45,615 bases of DNA from contig CBFFRP010000385.1 of the NCBI GenBank assembly GCA_965644295.1, positions 1-45,615 on the forward strand. The letters run 5' to 3'. A program made the position numbers and the translations under genes. The DNA comes from Paraphysomonas bandaiensis. Lineage: Eukaryota > Protista > Chrysophyceae. Shown here in pieces: positions 1 through 12,573 of this stretch (the stretch's first letter is position 1; the number at the start of each line of letters is the position of its first letter). Below the pieces are notes generated by a model. It did no database searches. It saw only the letters and a program-made list of their open reading frames with translations, and was not told where the DNA came from.

Positions 1-9
1 ATTTATTTC

Positions 10-176
10 TGACTAGGTGAATACTATAACACCTAGTCACCTAGTCATTGTAAACTGAAAGTATGAATTTAAGGGACTAGGTTTTCAAACACAGGGAATT
101 TTGGTGTGACTAGAAATTACACCGAATTGACTAGATTATATTGATCCCGAATTCTGTAAAATAACTACCACTAGTC
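10..176. repeat. Array of GACTAG/CTAGTC motifs, possibly the subterminal region of a DNA transposon cut by the window edge
   Basis: Seven copies at 11, 33, 41, 75, 108, 129 and 171 in both orientations. TGACTAGGTG (10-19) is the reverse complement of CACCTAGTCA (30-39 and 38-47). Confidence 0.55.
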
Positions 177-689
177 AAGAGAAAAACATAATTAAACACA
201 TAAAAGTTTTTAAAAATCAACATGGTGTCAGGAAACTGCATAGATTATTGATTACCAGTAGCTAAGCAAGGGTAAGAAGATGGCAACATACACCCGGAGT
301 ACTAATTTTCAATTCAGTCGTGACCTTTTTCATTCCATTTTCATGTATACCTTATACTAATGAAATAGTATTCGATATATATCTTATATAAATGATTTCT
401 TTGTTGTTCTAACTCACATATCACAATAACAGTCGATGCTGCTTATTGTTATTTATCCTATACCTTTTCCTTTTTCAACAGTAAGAGCTAGGCAGCATTC
501 AGAACTCCATACCTACTGTGATACATAAGACACAATACGTCGCTATTGCAACTTGAAAAATACGTTCTACGACTTGTTAAGAACAGGAACATAGACACCA
601 ACACAAACTAAACTACCACGGACATAGTCATTCTTAGATATTGTGAATTTTGAAACCAGAAATTTCAATTCCACAGCTTTCTTTTCACT

Positions 690-1521
690 CCAGATTGGGA
701 CCTCCACCATCCAGTATATATACATGATTAGACTGTACAACGCTTTGCTACAATACTAATCCAACAATTAATAGTTCAACCATGTAGATGATAACGCCCT
801 ATAAAGCACTGAAACCACAACATGTTCTTCTTTCCGATACACTTTCCCCTGCGACAATTGTTGTGACAAACAACGCTAGGGAATGGGGTATCACTTACTA
901 TCACAATGGACAATGATGGTCCAGCTTCTGAATGGGTAGCAGTTGCATAATGTACAGTGGCAGGTCCCAAGAGGTTGGTATATCGCACACACGTCACAAT
1001 ACGGGAAACTTTGGCTTTCGCCACATAACGACTCTGACTCATCAGCGCTATTTTCTGCTCGGTAGATGCAACCCAGGATCAGATAAGGCAGTAAGAAATA
1101 AAAATAATTCCGCCAATATACTGTCGATTGCAACAAAAATAATCAAAGGGGATGGTCAACTCTGGGTTTCGAAGATTTCTTATGACCAAAACATTAACAT
1201 AGGCAGCAATTACTATAACTGCACTGGTAAAAACTACCCCAGGCCAATGCGGCCCCACTGACACAAGGAGACTATTATTCTTATCTAACAACAAGTACAT
1301 ATTTCCCATTCGTCCCCATCTTAAATTTTGAAAGCATGGAGTATGTTTTTAGCTTAGGAGGAGTCACTTTCCTCGATATCCATGATAATGCGATCGCAGT
1401 AAACTGCGTCCAATTCAGTACAAAATATGAGTATGGCCTTATCAATGTGATCGTTTCTCTTGTTGTTGTTGATGCGCACAGTGTCCAATAGGGGAGCCAG
1501 TGGGGTGGCTTGTTCGCACAT
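690..1521 (-). CDS. DHHC-type palmitoyl acyltransferase (frameshifted; both ends approximate)
   Basis: Motifs spread over several frames: VGPHWPG, LTALSDPG, YCDVCAIYQPLGTCHCTLCNC, LDHHCP (DHHC codons at 921-910) and GKCIGKKNMLWF. Confidence 0.85.
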
Positions 1522-1522
1522 G

Positions 1523-1673
1523 TCGTATCGGCATCCTTATTTATTTTTGTTCAAAGATGCCTCAAATATTGAGACAATAATTTTCTGTATTATAGCCGTA
1601 GTTCTATCGCAGTAATATAGAGAATATTTGCCTAATCTATTTACGAAAAATAACATGCTGACTGCCGATATGT
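1523..1673. mobile_element. ~150-bp MITE-like element, copy 1
   Basis: Ends TCGTATCGGCATCC ... GACTGCCGATATGT form an imperfect TIR. The whole unit aligns in reverse complement to 12428-12573. Confidence 0.7.
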
Positions 1674-1914
1674 TACTCGTACATGCCGCTAGGTGCGTAT
1701 TGTGTGTGTGCACTGCATGGCATACAGCATGCAGCAGTACAGGGAATACCACGCACATGGGGCAGCTGCTGCTCAGAGAGGCGGAGCATTGAGTTGGTCT
1801 TACTACTCTCGTGTCTCTCACCATGGTGAAATGAAACGACACTCCTCTTACATGAGACCTGACAGTGTTGTTCGTGCAATCACAGTTCCCTCATAACTAT
1901 TCAGAGTATTGTGT

Positions 1915-2941
1915 ATGGTGATCCCTAATATTATTTTCGGGACATCAAGTCTGGGAAACCTGTACGAAGAGTCTCCCCACATGAAACTAAAGGAAATTGT
2001 TGAAGCAGCACTACAAAAACTATAATGGCTCTTCAACAATAACTTTTGATACAGCTGGAAAGTATGGAGCTGGTTTAGCTCTACAAAATTTAGGTGCTAT
2101 TCTCTTTGAACTTCAAATTGACCCATACAAAGTCCACATATCCAATAAATTGGGATGGAAACGAGTTCCTCTTAAAGGATCGTGCCCAACATTTGAATGC
2201 GGCGTATGGATAAATCTGGAATATGATGCTGTGCAAGATATATCCTATGCAGGCATGATGGAGTGCTTTGAGCAAGGAAATCAGCTTCTTAGACACTACA
2301 CGGCGGATATCGTATCTGTTCACGACCCCGATGAATATTTACTGGGTGCAGAGGGCGATGCTGTTGTTCTTGAGCAACGTCGCTCGAAAACTTACTATCT
2401 GCTTATGCAGCTCTGGAAGAACTAAAAACACAAGGTAAAGTCATATCAGTTGGAATAGGAGCGAAGGATTTCAAAGTAATAGAATATGTACGGTGCTCAT
2501 TTTCAGTTAGATTGCAAAAGATGAATGCTAGCATGTAGTTTGACACCTTTGGTTCACCCCGTTCCAACCGGTGTGCCAAATTTTATTGATTTTGCATATT
2601 CTCGTGGCATTCCTATTATTAATGCAGCTGTTTTTGTCGCTGGATTCCTAGTGGGAGGAAGTTATTTTAATTACAAAGAGGTGTCACCTCGACACATGCA
2701 CAGCTTTTTTCATGGAGGAAACGTTTTTTTGACTTATGTGCTGAAGGGATTGATCCGGTACATGTGTGCGTCCAATTTTCTTCTTTGTTTTGGAGGTATT
2801 GTTTGTGTTGCTTTAAATGCTAGCTCTGCCGAGCAAATGCGTGATAATTGCAAAATGATTGACGATTCCATACCTCCAGAAATATGGGTGAAAATGAAAC
2901 AACACGGACTCATTGATGAAAACATTAAATTTTCATTCTAG
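1915..2941 (+). CDS. Aldo/keto reductase, D-threo-aldose 1-dehydrogenase / L-fucose dehydrogenase-like (frameshifted, no intron seen)
   Basis: IIFGTSSLGNLY, FDTAGKYGAG (catalytic D and Y), ISNKLG (catalytic K), VSVHDPDEYL (catalytic H), GIGAKD, GIPIINAAVF. The ORFs at 1997-2425 and 2525-2941 are fragments of it. Confidence 0.88.
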
Positions 2942-3544
2942 CAGTAAACCTTTAAAGATATTACCATAGAGATCGATGCAGTGGTGATCTGTATTATAAT
3001 CATAATTGGATACCACAAATAATAAATAAATGTGCAGATACAGTGAAATACAAAATATAATGAAACAGGTGAATATAAAGTAATAGATGATGGAATACTG
3101 TTTGCAATTTAACTTCTCAAACTTAGTACGAACACGCGCAACAAATTCTTTGATAGATTAACGTATTAAATTGTTATAGGTTGCAGTATTGCCTGGACCT
3201 AAACCTACAGTGCTACAACATAATAACAACATAGTAATTTTACTATAACTGTCTTAACGTAATTCAGGGATTCAGGCAATACTGCACTACTACAAGCTTC
3301 AGTCAATATGTTAGCGGTTGGTGGTTCAATATAACGAGGTTCAACCCTATTCTACAAGAAAAGATGTTCATTAGTTCTCAGTTCTTACAATCCTATGAAG
3401 ACCAAAGTAGCACGACGAGATTGGATGACTGAAAGTTCACAAATATGGTTGGCAGTAGAACTTTAGCCATTATCAAGAGTAAAAATACTAATAAACCTCT
3501 AACCTAATAGGTATATACCACACATACTTCAGTCTTCCCTTGGC

Positions 3545-5164
3545 GCAATCCAATCGGCCCTAAAAGATTAATCCAAATCATATGTATACAGCAACACAGA
3601 CTTCGAAATACCTGAAACCTTATCCAATCCTAACTGATTCAAAAAATTCGTCTGGCGCTCACGTTCTTTTTCTTGTAGCTCTCTTTTGGTTCATATAGAT
3701 TACGCATAACACAATACAGTAAATCAAACTAAACCTTAAGCGTTCTGTTTTCTTTTCTTCCCTTCTTTTCTGCCACGCTCTATACGGGCTTACCACACTG
3801 ATATATGCTGGTCAGTTTTGCATGCTAATGTACGTTAAAACTTGCCTTATGGTTACTCCCACCACCCATAACATCGCTCTCACGCATGTTAAGTCCGTCC
3901 TGAACAGAATAGAGTTTAATTTGTAAAAATTCGATTAATATGCAAGACTATTATGAACACATTCGAATACAAAGCAACGTACTGTGAAGTAGTAGCAACA
4001 TGAGTGGGTATTTCAGATCCTTACTTGCCCATCTTCCTTGTCCATCGCTGCGGCTCTCATACGACTTCCAGCTCTCCCTCCTTCATCAATCAGCGCCTCA
4101 CGGCCTGCACAGATTACAAATATCACAAAAACGTTGGTCTACTTACCCGTTTCTTTGGGGGGCAACTTCATCTAGCACCACAGAGACTTTCTCAAAGCAG
4201 AGAAATTATAAACTCAATACTCTACACTCTCAAGGAAATTAATCATCTTGCGGTATGTTGTTACCTTCATTCCGCTCTCCATCTTTCTGTATTTGCTTGC
4301 TTTCTCCCTCTCCTCCTCTCTACACGAACATCTTAAATTTTGAGCGGAAGAGTAGTGTATAAAACCTGTCATATGCATCTCTTGATGGGCGCTTGCTACT
4401 GAATTATTGCCACGGGGTTTATCGTCTTTTTGGTGCTGCCATATGATTCCATGCGTTCTACAATATTCGCATATACATATACTGTGTAAAAGCAAGATGT
4501 TATGCATATTATTAGCTTACGTCGAATCGTTTTCTCGTGTGTATATCAACTCTGTCCAGGCAAGGTCCGATAATTTGGAACATATGGGCCCCATTTCAAT
4601 GACTAATGGGTACGAGGTTTCACCTCTGCTTTTTTCAGATGAAGAAAGTTTCAGCCTCTAACCATTAAAAATATGAGGCCATTCTATGTATCATCACGTA
4701 CTTGTGCTTTGTTTTCATGCATTCCTGTCTTATTTCAGGAGGGATTCTCACTTTGCATTTATATTGGCTTTCTTACACCACAACTTAAGCTACCTGAATA
4801 ATACATATCGGGCACCTAGATTCATTCCAAAGTTTGCAGAAACTTTCAAACAGTTTGTGAGAGAGTGCTGAATCGGGATGTCTTCGAATGACCTGTTTAA
4901 CAATGCATGTATAAGAATCTTGACAGAGGTATATGTACAGTTAGTATACTTCTTCCTCTACATCAGTTTCAACCATACACGAAACCCCTGCCTCTTTAGA
5001 AAGTAGTCTTCAGATGATATGGTATCGTGATCGGCCGAGTCTATGGAGTCGTCATCATGGCCTCGCTTCTTGTGGGACTTCTTTGTGCTTCTTTTCTTTC
5101 GAATGCTTAGATTTCTTTCCTTTTTATCGGATTTGATTTGTGTTTCTTACTTCTCCTCCTTCAT
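3545..5164 (-). CDS. SCI1 (style cell-cycle inhibitor 1)-like conserved Lys/Glu-rich protein, multi-exon and frameshifted; ends approximate
   Basis: Manual translation gives a K/H-rich N-terminus, then ISSEDYFLKRQGFRVWLK, HKLFESFCKLWN, DMYYSG, GREALI, DVMGG and ELQEKERERQ. This resembles the SCI1-like family from memory. Confidence 0.6.
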
Positions 5165-5450
5165 TGTGCTGATTAGATGTGTATTAACTATCAATATGGA
5201 TATAAGTGTCAAGCTCGAACATCTTGTGTGTGTGCTATCTATAAGCGGAAGACTGAAGACTGAAGATGACTCCAAAAACTATGCTCTACATATCAGAAAA
5301 GTGTACTTTTTGTTTACACAAATTGCATACTGCGTGTACATGCAAAGTGGTGCAGTACATACCTGCCGTGTACTGCTATCTGCTGTAGATATTTCCTATA
5401 AAGACGCACTGTGTACTTTGATAAGTTCGTAGACATTTCCGCAGAAAGGA

Positions 5451-5490
5451 ATCTTTGAACAAAAATATACGCAAAAAGGATGCCGATACG
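5451..5490. repeat. Terminal fragment of the same MITE-like family
   Basis: ATCTTTGAACAAAAATA...AAGGATGCCGATACG matches the end of the copies at 12428-12573 and 1523-1673 (reverse complement). Confidence 0.65.
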
Positions 5491-5636
5491 TGGAAATACA
5501 GACACAGTATAACATGTCATGAGTATTGTAGTGGGTGTTTGATGCACAGCAGCAGCAGATAAGCACAGATATAGCTCGACAGGACGTACAGTACTTCTTG
5601 AAAAGGGGTAGTTCAAAAGACTATTGAAAAACGAAA

Positions 5637-6272
5637 ATGGCAAAGGTGGATAATTGGCAACTACTGTCGCTTTGAGGGGTTTACTATTGTCTCATGTGTG
5701 GACCGAGCGGTCCTCTCATCTCTACAGACAGTATGATGCATTAGCTAAATCAGAGTATATTCAATTATTATTCACCCTTGCTTGATAGTTACCACATGAC
5801 CACCACAATGCTTCATAACAAAAGTAATCTCAACGATTCTAAAAGCTGGGAAGAGTTTGTTTACAAGAATATGGAGTTTTATCAGCACCTTAAAGCCAGC
5901 GTGGATCAGCAGAATACTAAGCCAGTATTTTCCGTCAAATATATACTAGTGTCGTCGGCCATTTTCTTAATGGGAACTATTGATGAATCTCATGAAAGAA
6001 GTATTTGCGAATTAGCAGAACAGAAGGGACTTCGCGTTTTCCCATTTTTTTCAAAAAACAGAAAAACCTCGAGAATTTCATATTACTCTTGCATATCAAT
6101 ACAAATCTATGTCCGACTCACTTCTCAAAATGTAAAAGAAACTATTCTAAAGGCAATTGGTAATGCCTTGCCAAGTGAACATATACATTTAGACAGTCCA
6201 CAGCTGTGTTATCATAACGATATGACTGGCTTTCACCCATGGAATGCCATCAGCTACCCTTTCGAATCTTGA
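5637..6272 (+). CDS. DUF1868-like 2H phosphoesterase (frameshifted, probably one short intron)
   Basis: N-terminal GNYCRFEGFTIV, first HxT motif SYHMT, second motif EFHITLAY (His codon 6079-6081, in a different frame from the ORF track) and C-terminal LCYHNDMTGF. Confidence 0.72.
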
Positions 6273-6349
6273 GCTCTGTGTTGTTGGAATTTCGTATTAC
6301 TGAAAAAGTTTTGATTAGAGAATTTTATGCTCGAGTAGTCCCTGTTTCT

Positions 6350-6487
6350 CAGGGGTGGGTAAAATTTAATTGTCAATTAATTAATGCATATTTTATTAAT
6401 TATTATTACTATTATTATTTGCCGACCAATTGAACTTTACTGACTAAAATCAATTTATTAAAATCAATTATTTGGTACACAGTTCTG
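6350..6487. repeat. AT-rich hAT-like MITE module, copy A
   Basis: Starts CAGGGGTGGG and ends ATTAAAATCAATTATTTGGTACACAGTTCTG. Homologous to 7049-7157. Confidence 0.5.
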
Positions 6488-7048
6488 CTGTCTTCTATAT
6501 ATGGCAGTCTTATTGCCAGCAATAGGAGTCGAGAATCAGCACAAGGTAAGGCTAGATGAAAATGAAAACTAGTCAAGTAGATAGACTTCTACCTGTAACT
6601 AGTTAGTACAAATTTCATATCCTACTATATAACGCTACGAATGCGGTTTGTGTATATGTGTGCGACCACTTCCGTTCTTGTATGTGAGGGAGAAGCCCTC
6701 GTTAAACGTAAGTCCGGGAAGTGCAGATGGGGGTTAGTCATTAGTCAGGGGGGAGTCCAATGGGATAGGGCTCTGCAGGACTTTGTGGAGGCACAGGATT
6801 CTGAATTATTGAGTCGTGTGAGTCGAGTGTGGCTCTGCACAGCCTGAGAAATAAGGGGCGAGGGGGTGGATTGGGGCGCCGCCGTGTCTGGAGATGGCGC
6901 GGGCCTCGAGTTGGGCCTGGGCAAAGGGCAAAGAAGTAGCTGGCGGAGGCTACACCGTGGCGCTTCCATTTGTGCATGACCTTTGGGAGAGGTAGACGTA
7001 GGGTGATAGACTTAGTGCAGGTCTCTGTACATTTAGTAAGTGTAGAAC

Positions 7049-7157
7049 CAGCGGTTTTTCATTAATATCTATTTCATTAATTGTTATATTTCTATTCTAA
7101 TTTGCTGACCAATTAATTGAACTCGTCAATTAAAATCAATTATTTGGTACAGCTCTG
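7049..7157. repeat. AT-rich hAT-like MITE module, copy B
   Basis: Starts CAGCGGTTTTTCA and shares TTTGC(C/T)GACCAATT and ATTAAAATCAATTATTTGGTACA with copy A. Confidence 0.5.
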
Positions 7158-7660
7158 CTGTTCCTTACTTATCTAAAAATACAGTACCAAATAGATTCAC
7201 TGACTACTTATAAAATCTATTGACTGCTACTTACGGGAAAACAGGACCTATCCTCTTGCTATTTAGTTGCTCCACCATGTAGACACGTTACCAATAATTA
7301 GAAATCTCTAAACAAATATAGTGTCTCTGAAGTTGACGCTACTTTATACTTTATTCTATTAAGTGATATGATTACAAAAATGAATATGTATACAGCTGGT
7401 GTTATAGGAGTATTGTTGAAACGTATAATAGAGAATAGAGACCATACTATATATATAATATATAGTCGCAATGCTGCATGAACTTTCTGGGTGGTGCTTA
7501 CAAAAGGGTGCAACGAAACTGGACATTATCACTTCATTGTTGGACAATCAACAAATACAGCCCATTATACTTTTATTGGGATAAATTCACCGTAACCAAC
7601 ACCTAACTGTCACTACTTGCACCCAAAATAATAGACAACTGTCCTGTAAGAAAATCAAAT

Positions 7661-8962
<1,302 letters not shown>

Positions 8963-10435
8963 ACTTTAACCTCTAAGGGAAAAAGGCTATATATAAAACA
9001 AGTTATACAGTAAGCCCGTGTCCCTGGCAACTACTTAAATATTATAAGCATACACACATGACGTACAGGGTCTTGTATGTACTCGTCCTGCTGGTGCTGC
9101 TGTATGTCGTATGTACTCTTATACAGAGCAGAATAGAATACACCCTGTGTACAACTACGTCCTGTCAGTCTGAGTACGTATTTGTATATACGGTTGCTGT
9201 ATACTGCAGTGAGTGTGTGTTAGATGTGAGGGTCATGTGACCATATATGACACACAGACAGTCTATTGTGGGGTGAAATTATGACCAACCTGCAGATTAA
9301 ACAAAGGACGATTGATGGAGTCGTTAATGGACTGACATGACTTCACTGTACTGCAGTTTTTGGTGCTGCTACACTGCTGCATGATGACTTTAACCGCTTG
9401 ATACAACTGATTCATGTGTGTGGCTAGTTACTATCAGAAGAGACAGTGAAGTGGGAAGAGGGATCGGATGAGATACTGCTTGGAGTCAGTTATTTTGCAG
9501 AAGGTGTGCTCAGTGGTCATCCTGTAAGGTTCTCCCAATAAGGTATTATGTCTACAACTGCCTTAGACAGGCTCAACAAATATACGCTGAACAGATATCG
9601 CCCTGTTCCGAGAGCGTGCCCTATTAAAGTGATCGTGCCGATTAAGATAAGCAATGCATAAATTTTTATTCAAATCTCGGTATTTTCTTTGTGTGTTTCT
9701 AGATCATACACTTTACGTGCATATTAGAGAGTCCATCCACGATTGCGAGAATCCCTAGTAAGTATTCATTCATGGTGTTATCTTAAAAACAGGTGTATAA
9801 ACGTTATTCCAACCAAATTAACACATCCTATAAATGTAAAAATTATTCGAAATAAACATTCACTCTATAAAATATCAACATACTATTCTACTGATAGGGT
9901 GATGTATTCATCCTCCGCAGAGTGTTGTACAGGTAGCACTTACTAACTCAATAATGTAAGTTCGTGGAAATCAAATTACACAATATGTAGGCGACAATGA
10001 TTGACAGACTACACATCATCCTCATTTACATCAATGCGTATAGGGCACAGTGAGAAAGTAATATATCTATACTCATAACTCGTATAAGTATAAACATACT
10101 CAATACGAGTCATTCTTGCGTGAAGCTTTCTATTATTATATGCTCTGTATCCCCCCAAATCGTAGTATAATGCCAAATTGTAGTATACTCGATGGCCAGC
10201 TAAATAACAAGATACAGAATAACTATAGGAAATTATTAAGTACATTACAATGTACATACTTTGTAGCTCGATTACATATGCAAATAATTATTAGATTATC
10301 CAAAATAGGACAGCTAACGGCCTGTATAGAATACAAAAACTGCAGATAGCTTCGCAACTTCCAGCAGATAGATACAGCTTGCCAGAAGAAACTACTACAA
10401 TTATGGACCTCAAGCATCTCCATTCTTTTGTCTCA

Positions 10436-11002
10436 TCACCAATTTCCGCTTCCTGCTCCATAGCCAAACCCACCATCGCAACAGGTGAACCTGTCCCAGT
10501 GGCATTGACTGTACGCAATATCACACGGTGCAAATGAGTGTCCCTGCTCCACAAAACGTTTCACATAATTGCACCTGGCCTTCACATCCTGCCTAGATGC
10601 AAACATCATGAACCCAGCAATGGCCGCGCTCACGGTCGTCTGAATTGAATGAAATATCCAAGTTAGGACTAAAACGTCAATGAGAAGGAAACATGTGATG
10701 TGCACAAAGTTGAACACGCATAATACTCCAGAAATGAGGAAAATGAAAAGGTACTCCTTCGCGGTTTCCAGCTGCGAAGTCAGCATGTCTGTGTTCGCAC
10801 CACTGTGCATGGATATGTACCAAAACTTCAATGGAATAATCACAACATTTGCGAGCACAAGCAAGCTCACGAGAGTGGCCACGATCCATATAAACTGCGG
10901 AATAAAGGAGAAGATCCAAAGCAGAATCATTACCAATAGTCCGATCTGTTTGCAAACCTTATGACTCTCCGCATCTGCAGAAAACAATAAATTTCTGCAC
11001 AC
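10436..11002 (-). CDS. Hypothetical multi-pass membrane protein segment, possibly continuous with the upstream AAA gene
   Basis: 188-aa ORF with about four hydrophobic stretches. No family recognised. Confidence 0.4.
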   Translation of the reverse strand: MCRNLLFSADAESHKVCKQIGLLVMILLWIFSFIPQFIWIVATLVSLLVLANVVIIPLKFWYISMHSGANTDMLTSQLETAKEYLFIFLISGVLCVFNFVHITCFLLIDVLVLTWIFHSIQTTVSAAIAGFMMFASRQDVKARCNYVKRFVEQGHSFAPCDIAYSQCHWDRFTCCDGGFGYGAGSGNW

Positions 11003-11220
11003 ATTCCACCTGTTTTAGTGGATCTGAGATTGAAGCCGAGGCTTCTTGGATAATCTGTCCAGCACTCAAACTTGGTAAATCACGACTGAAAAAGATGCGA
11101 TCAATTTCAGCTTCCTTTCTGACGGATTATATGCTTGTACGGCATTCGGACTTGACCCACTCGACGAGAGAGATCTCCACCACCAATTTCTCCCAATTCC
11201 TTCAAATAAACGCCATACTT

Positions 11221-12252
11221 ACCTGAGTGAGCGTCGGTAGGCATGACTCCAAGACACGCTCAAAATCTGCACTGGTCACCCGGCGGCGGACGTTCAATTC
11301 ATCGTCCCATTCGTTGCAACGTCATCTCTTTCAGCTCCATGATCAGTGGAGAGGCAGGTTCGGTTTGTTATTGGTTATTATGTTCAAATGCGCAGTGTGG
11401 CACTTGGATTTACTTGTGGTTTTCATGAGTATTTAGACGAACCATCAATATCAGATCTGGTAGTTCCATTTTCTTGCGAGCTTGTGAAACACCAATAGTG
11501 GTTGGTCTTGTTCAGACTGCGGGAATACTAATTCTCCGTTCAGTCAAGCATTGGGCAAATCATAAATATGTGAGGTGAGAAGGCCGTCGGATAGCATCAT
11601 CCAATTCACAAACTAAGTTCGTGCAACCAATTAACACACTCGCAATTTTCTGCGTCCACAAGATCTTGCATGCTCTGTAAAAGCTGAGTCAGAATCTGGA
11701 GCATAAAGGTGCTGCTGGTTTGGCCACCGCGCTGACTTGATCCAAATGCATCCAATTCATCAATGAATATCACAGTGGAGGCACAGCAGCATCAAAATTC
11801 GCTTAATTCGCGGCGTTTCTCCCCAGTATGCATTCATGGTGTTTCCTGATTGATAGATGAATTCAAATCCCGTTCCTTCTGCGAATGCTTTCGCCAGCAT
11901 TGTTTTACCTGCCATTGAAGGTTTTAAAAGTGTTGTCGGTGAGAGTGTAAAGCGTAAACCTGTGCCAGGAGGACCCCACAGGAGAACTGATCGCACGGGA
12001 GGTACCTGTTGGCAAAAAGTTGGAAATTTGGCTTGGCAAGCTTAGTGTGGCGTCCAGACATCGCTTCACGCCCTTCTCCATACCAATGACCCGCGAGTTC
12101 CAGTTCATGGAGTAGTTTGGGCGGCGAGGGGGTCGCGGAGTGGAGGTGGTTGCTGCTGTTTTGGAGAGCTTGTTTGGTTGCCCATGGCTGTTCGAGTTAG
12201 TTGTGTGGATAGATAACAATACGACAATAGGACTCTGATATACCCTGATCAT
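11221..12252 (-). CDS. Katanin/spastin/VPS4-clade-like AAA+ ATPase, divergent and frameshifted; 3' end uncertain
   Basis: MNWN..VIGME..KRCL, then SVLLWGPPGTG|KTMLAKAFA with a 51-nt intron (11909-11959) splitting Walker A, Walker B VIFIDELDA and C-terminal VTSADFERVL..PTL. Confidence 0.8.
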
Positions 12253-12427
12253 GCATATGTATATTACTGTGTGTGATGGAAGAATCCTCCTGCTTCACGA
12301 TCCCCGGAACGGAAAAAGAAAGATACGCAGACAAGAGGCGGAAACACACACAGAAAAATAGAGAAAATTTCGTCTAAATTTCTAAACATAGAGAAAAGTA
12401 TGAAAATCTGTATATTGGTAGGTATTA

Positions 12428-12573
12428 TCGTCTCGGCAGTCATCATCTTTTCGAAAATATTTGAAGCAAAATTACTCCATATTCCTGCAATAAAACTACG
12501 GCTGGAATACAGATAATTGTTGTCTCAATATTAGGGGCATCTTTGAACAAAAATATGAAGGATGCTGATACGA
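12428..12573. mobile_element. ~146-bp MITE-like element, copy 2
   Basis: Ends TCGTCTCGGCAGTC ... GGATGCTGATACGA. Internal sequence is homologous to 1523-1673 (reverse complement). Confidence 0.7.

Noticed and set aside
11215-11360. ATACTTACCTG, identical to the 5' end of U1 snRNA
   Set aside because: No U1 loop I, loop II or Sm site follows. It is the reverse complement of CAG/GTAAGTAT at the end of the AAA ATPase coding region.
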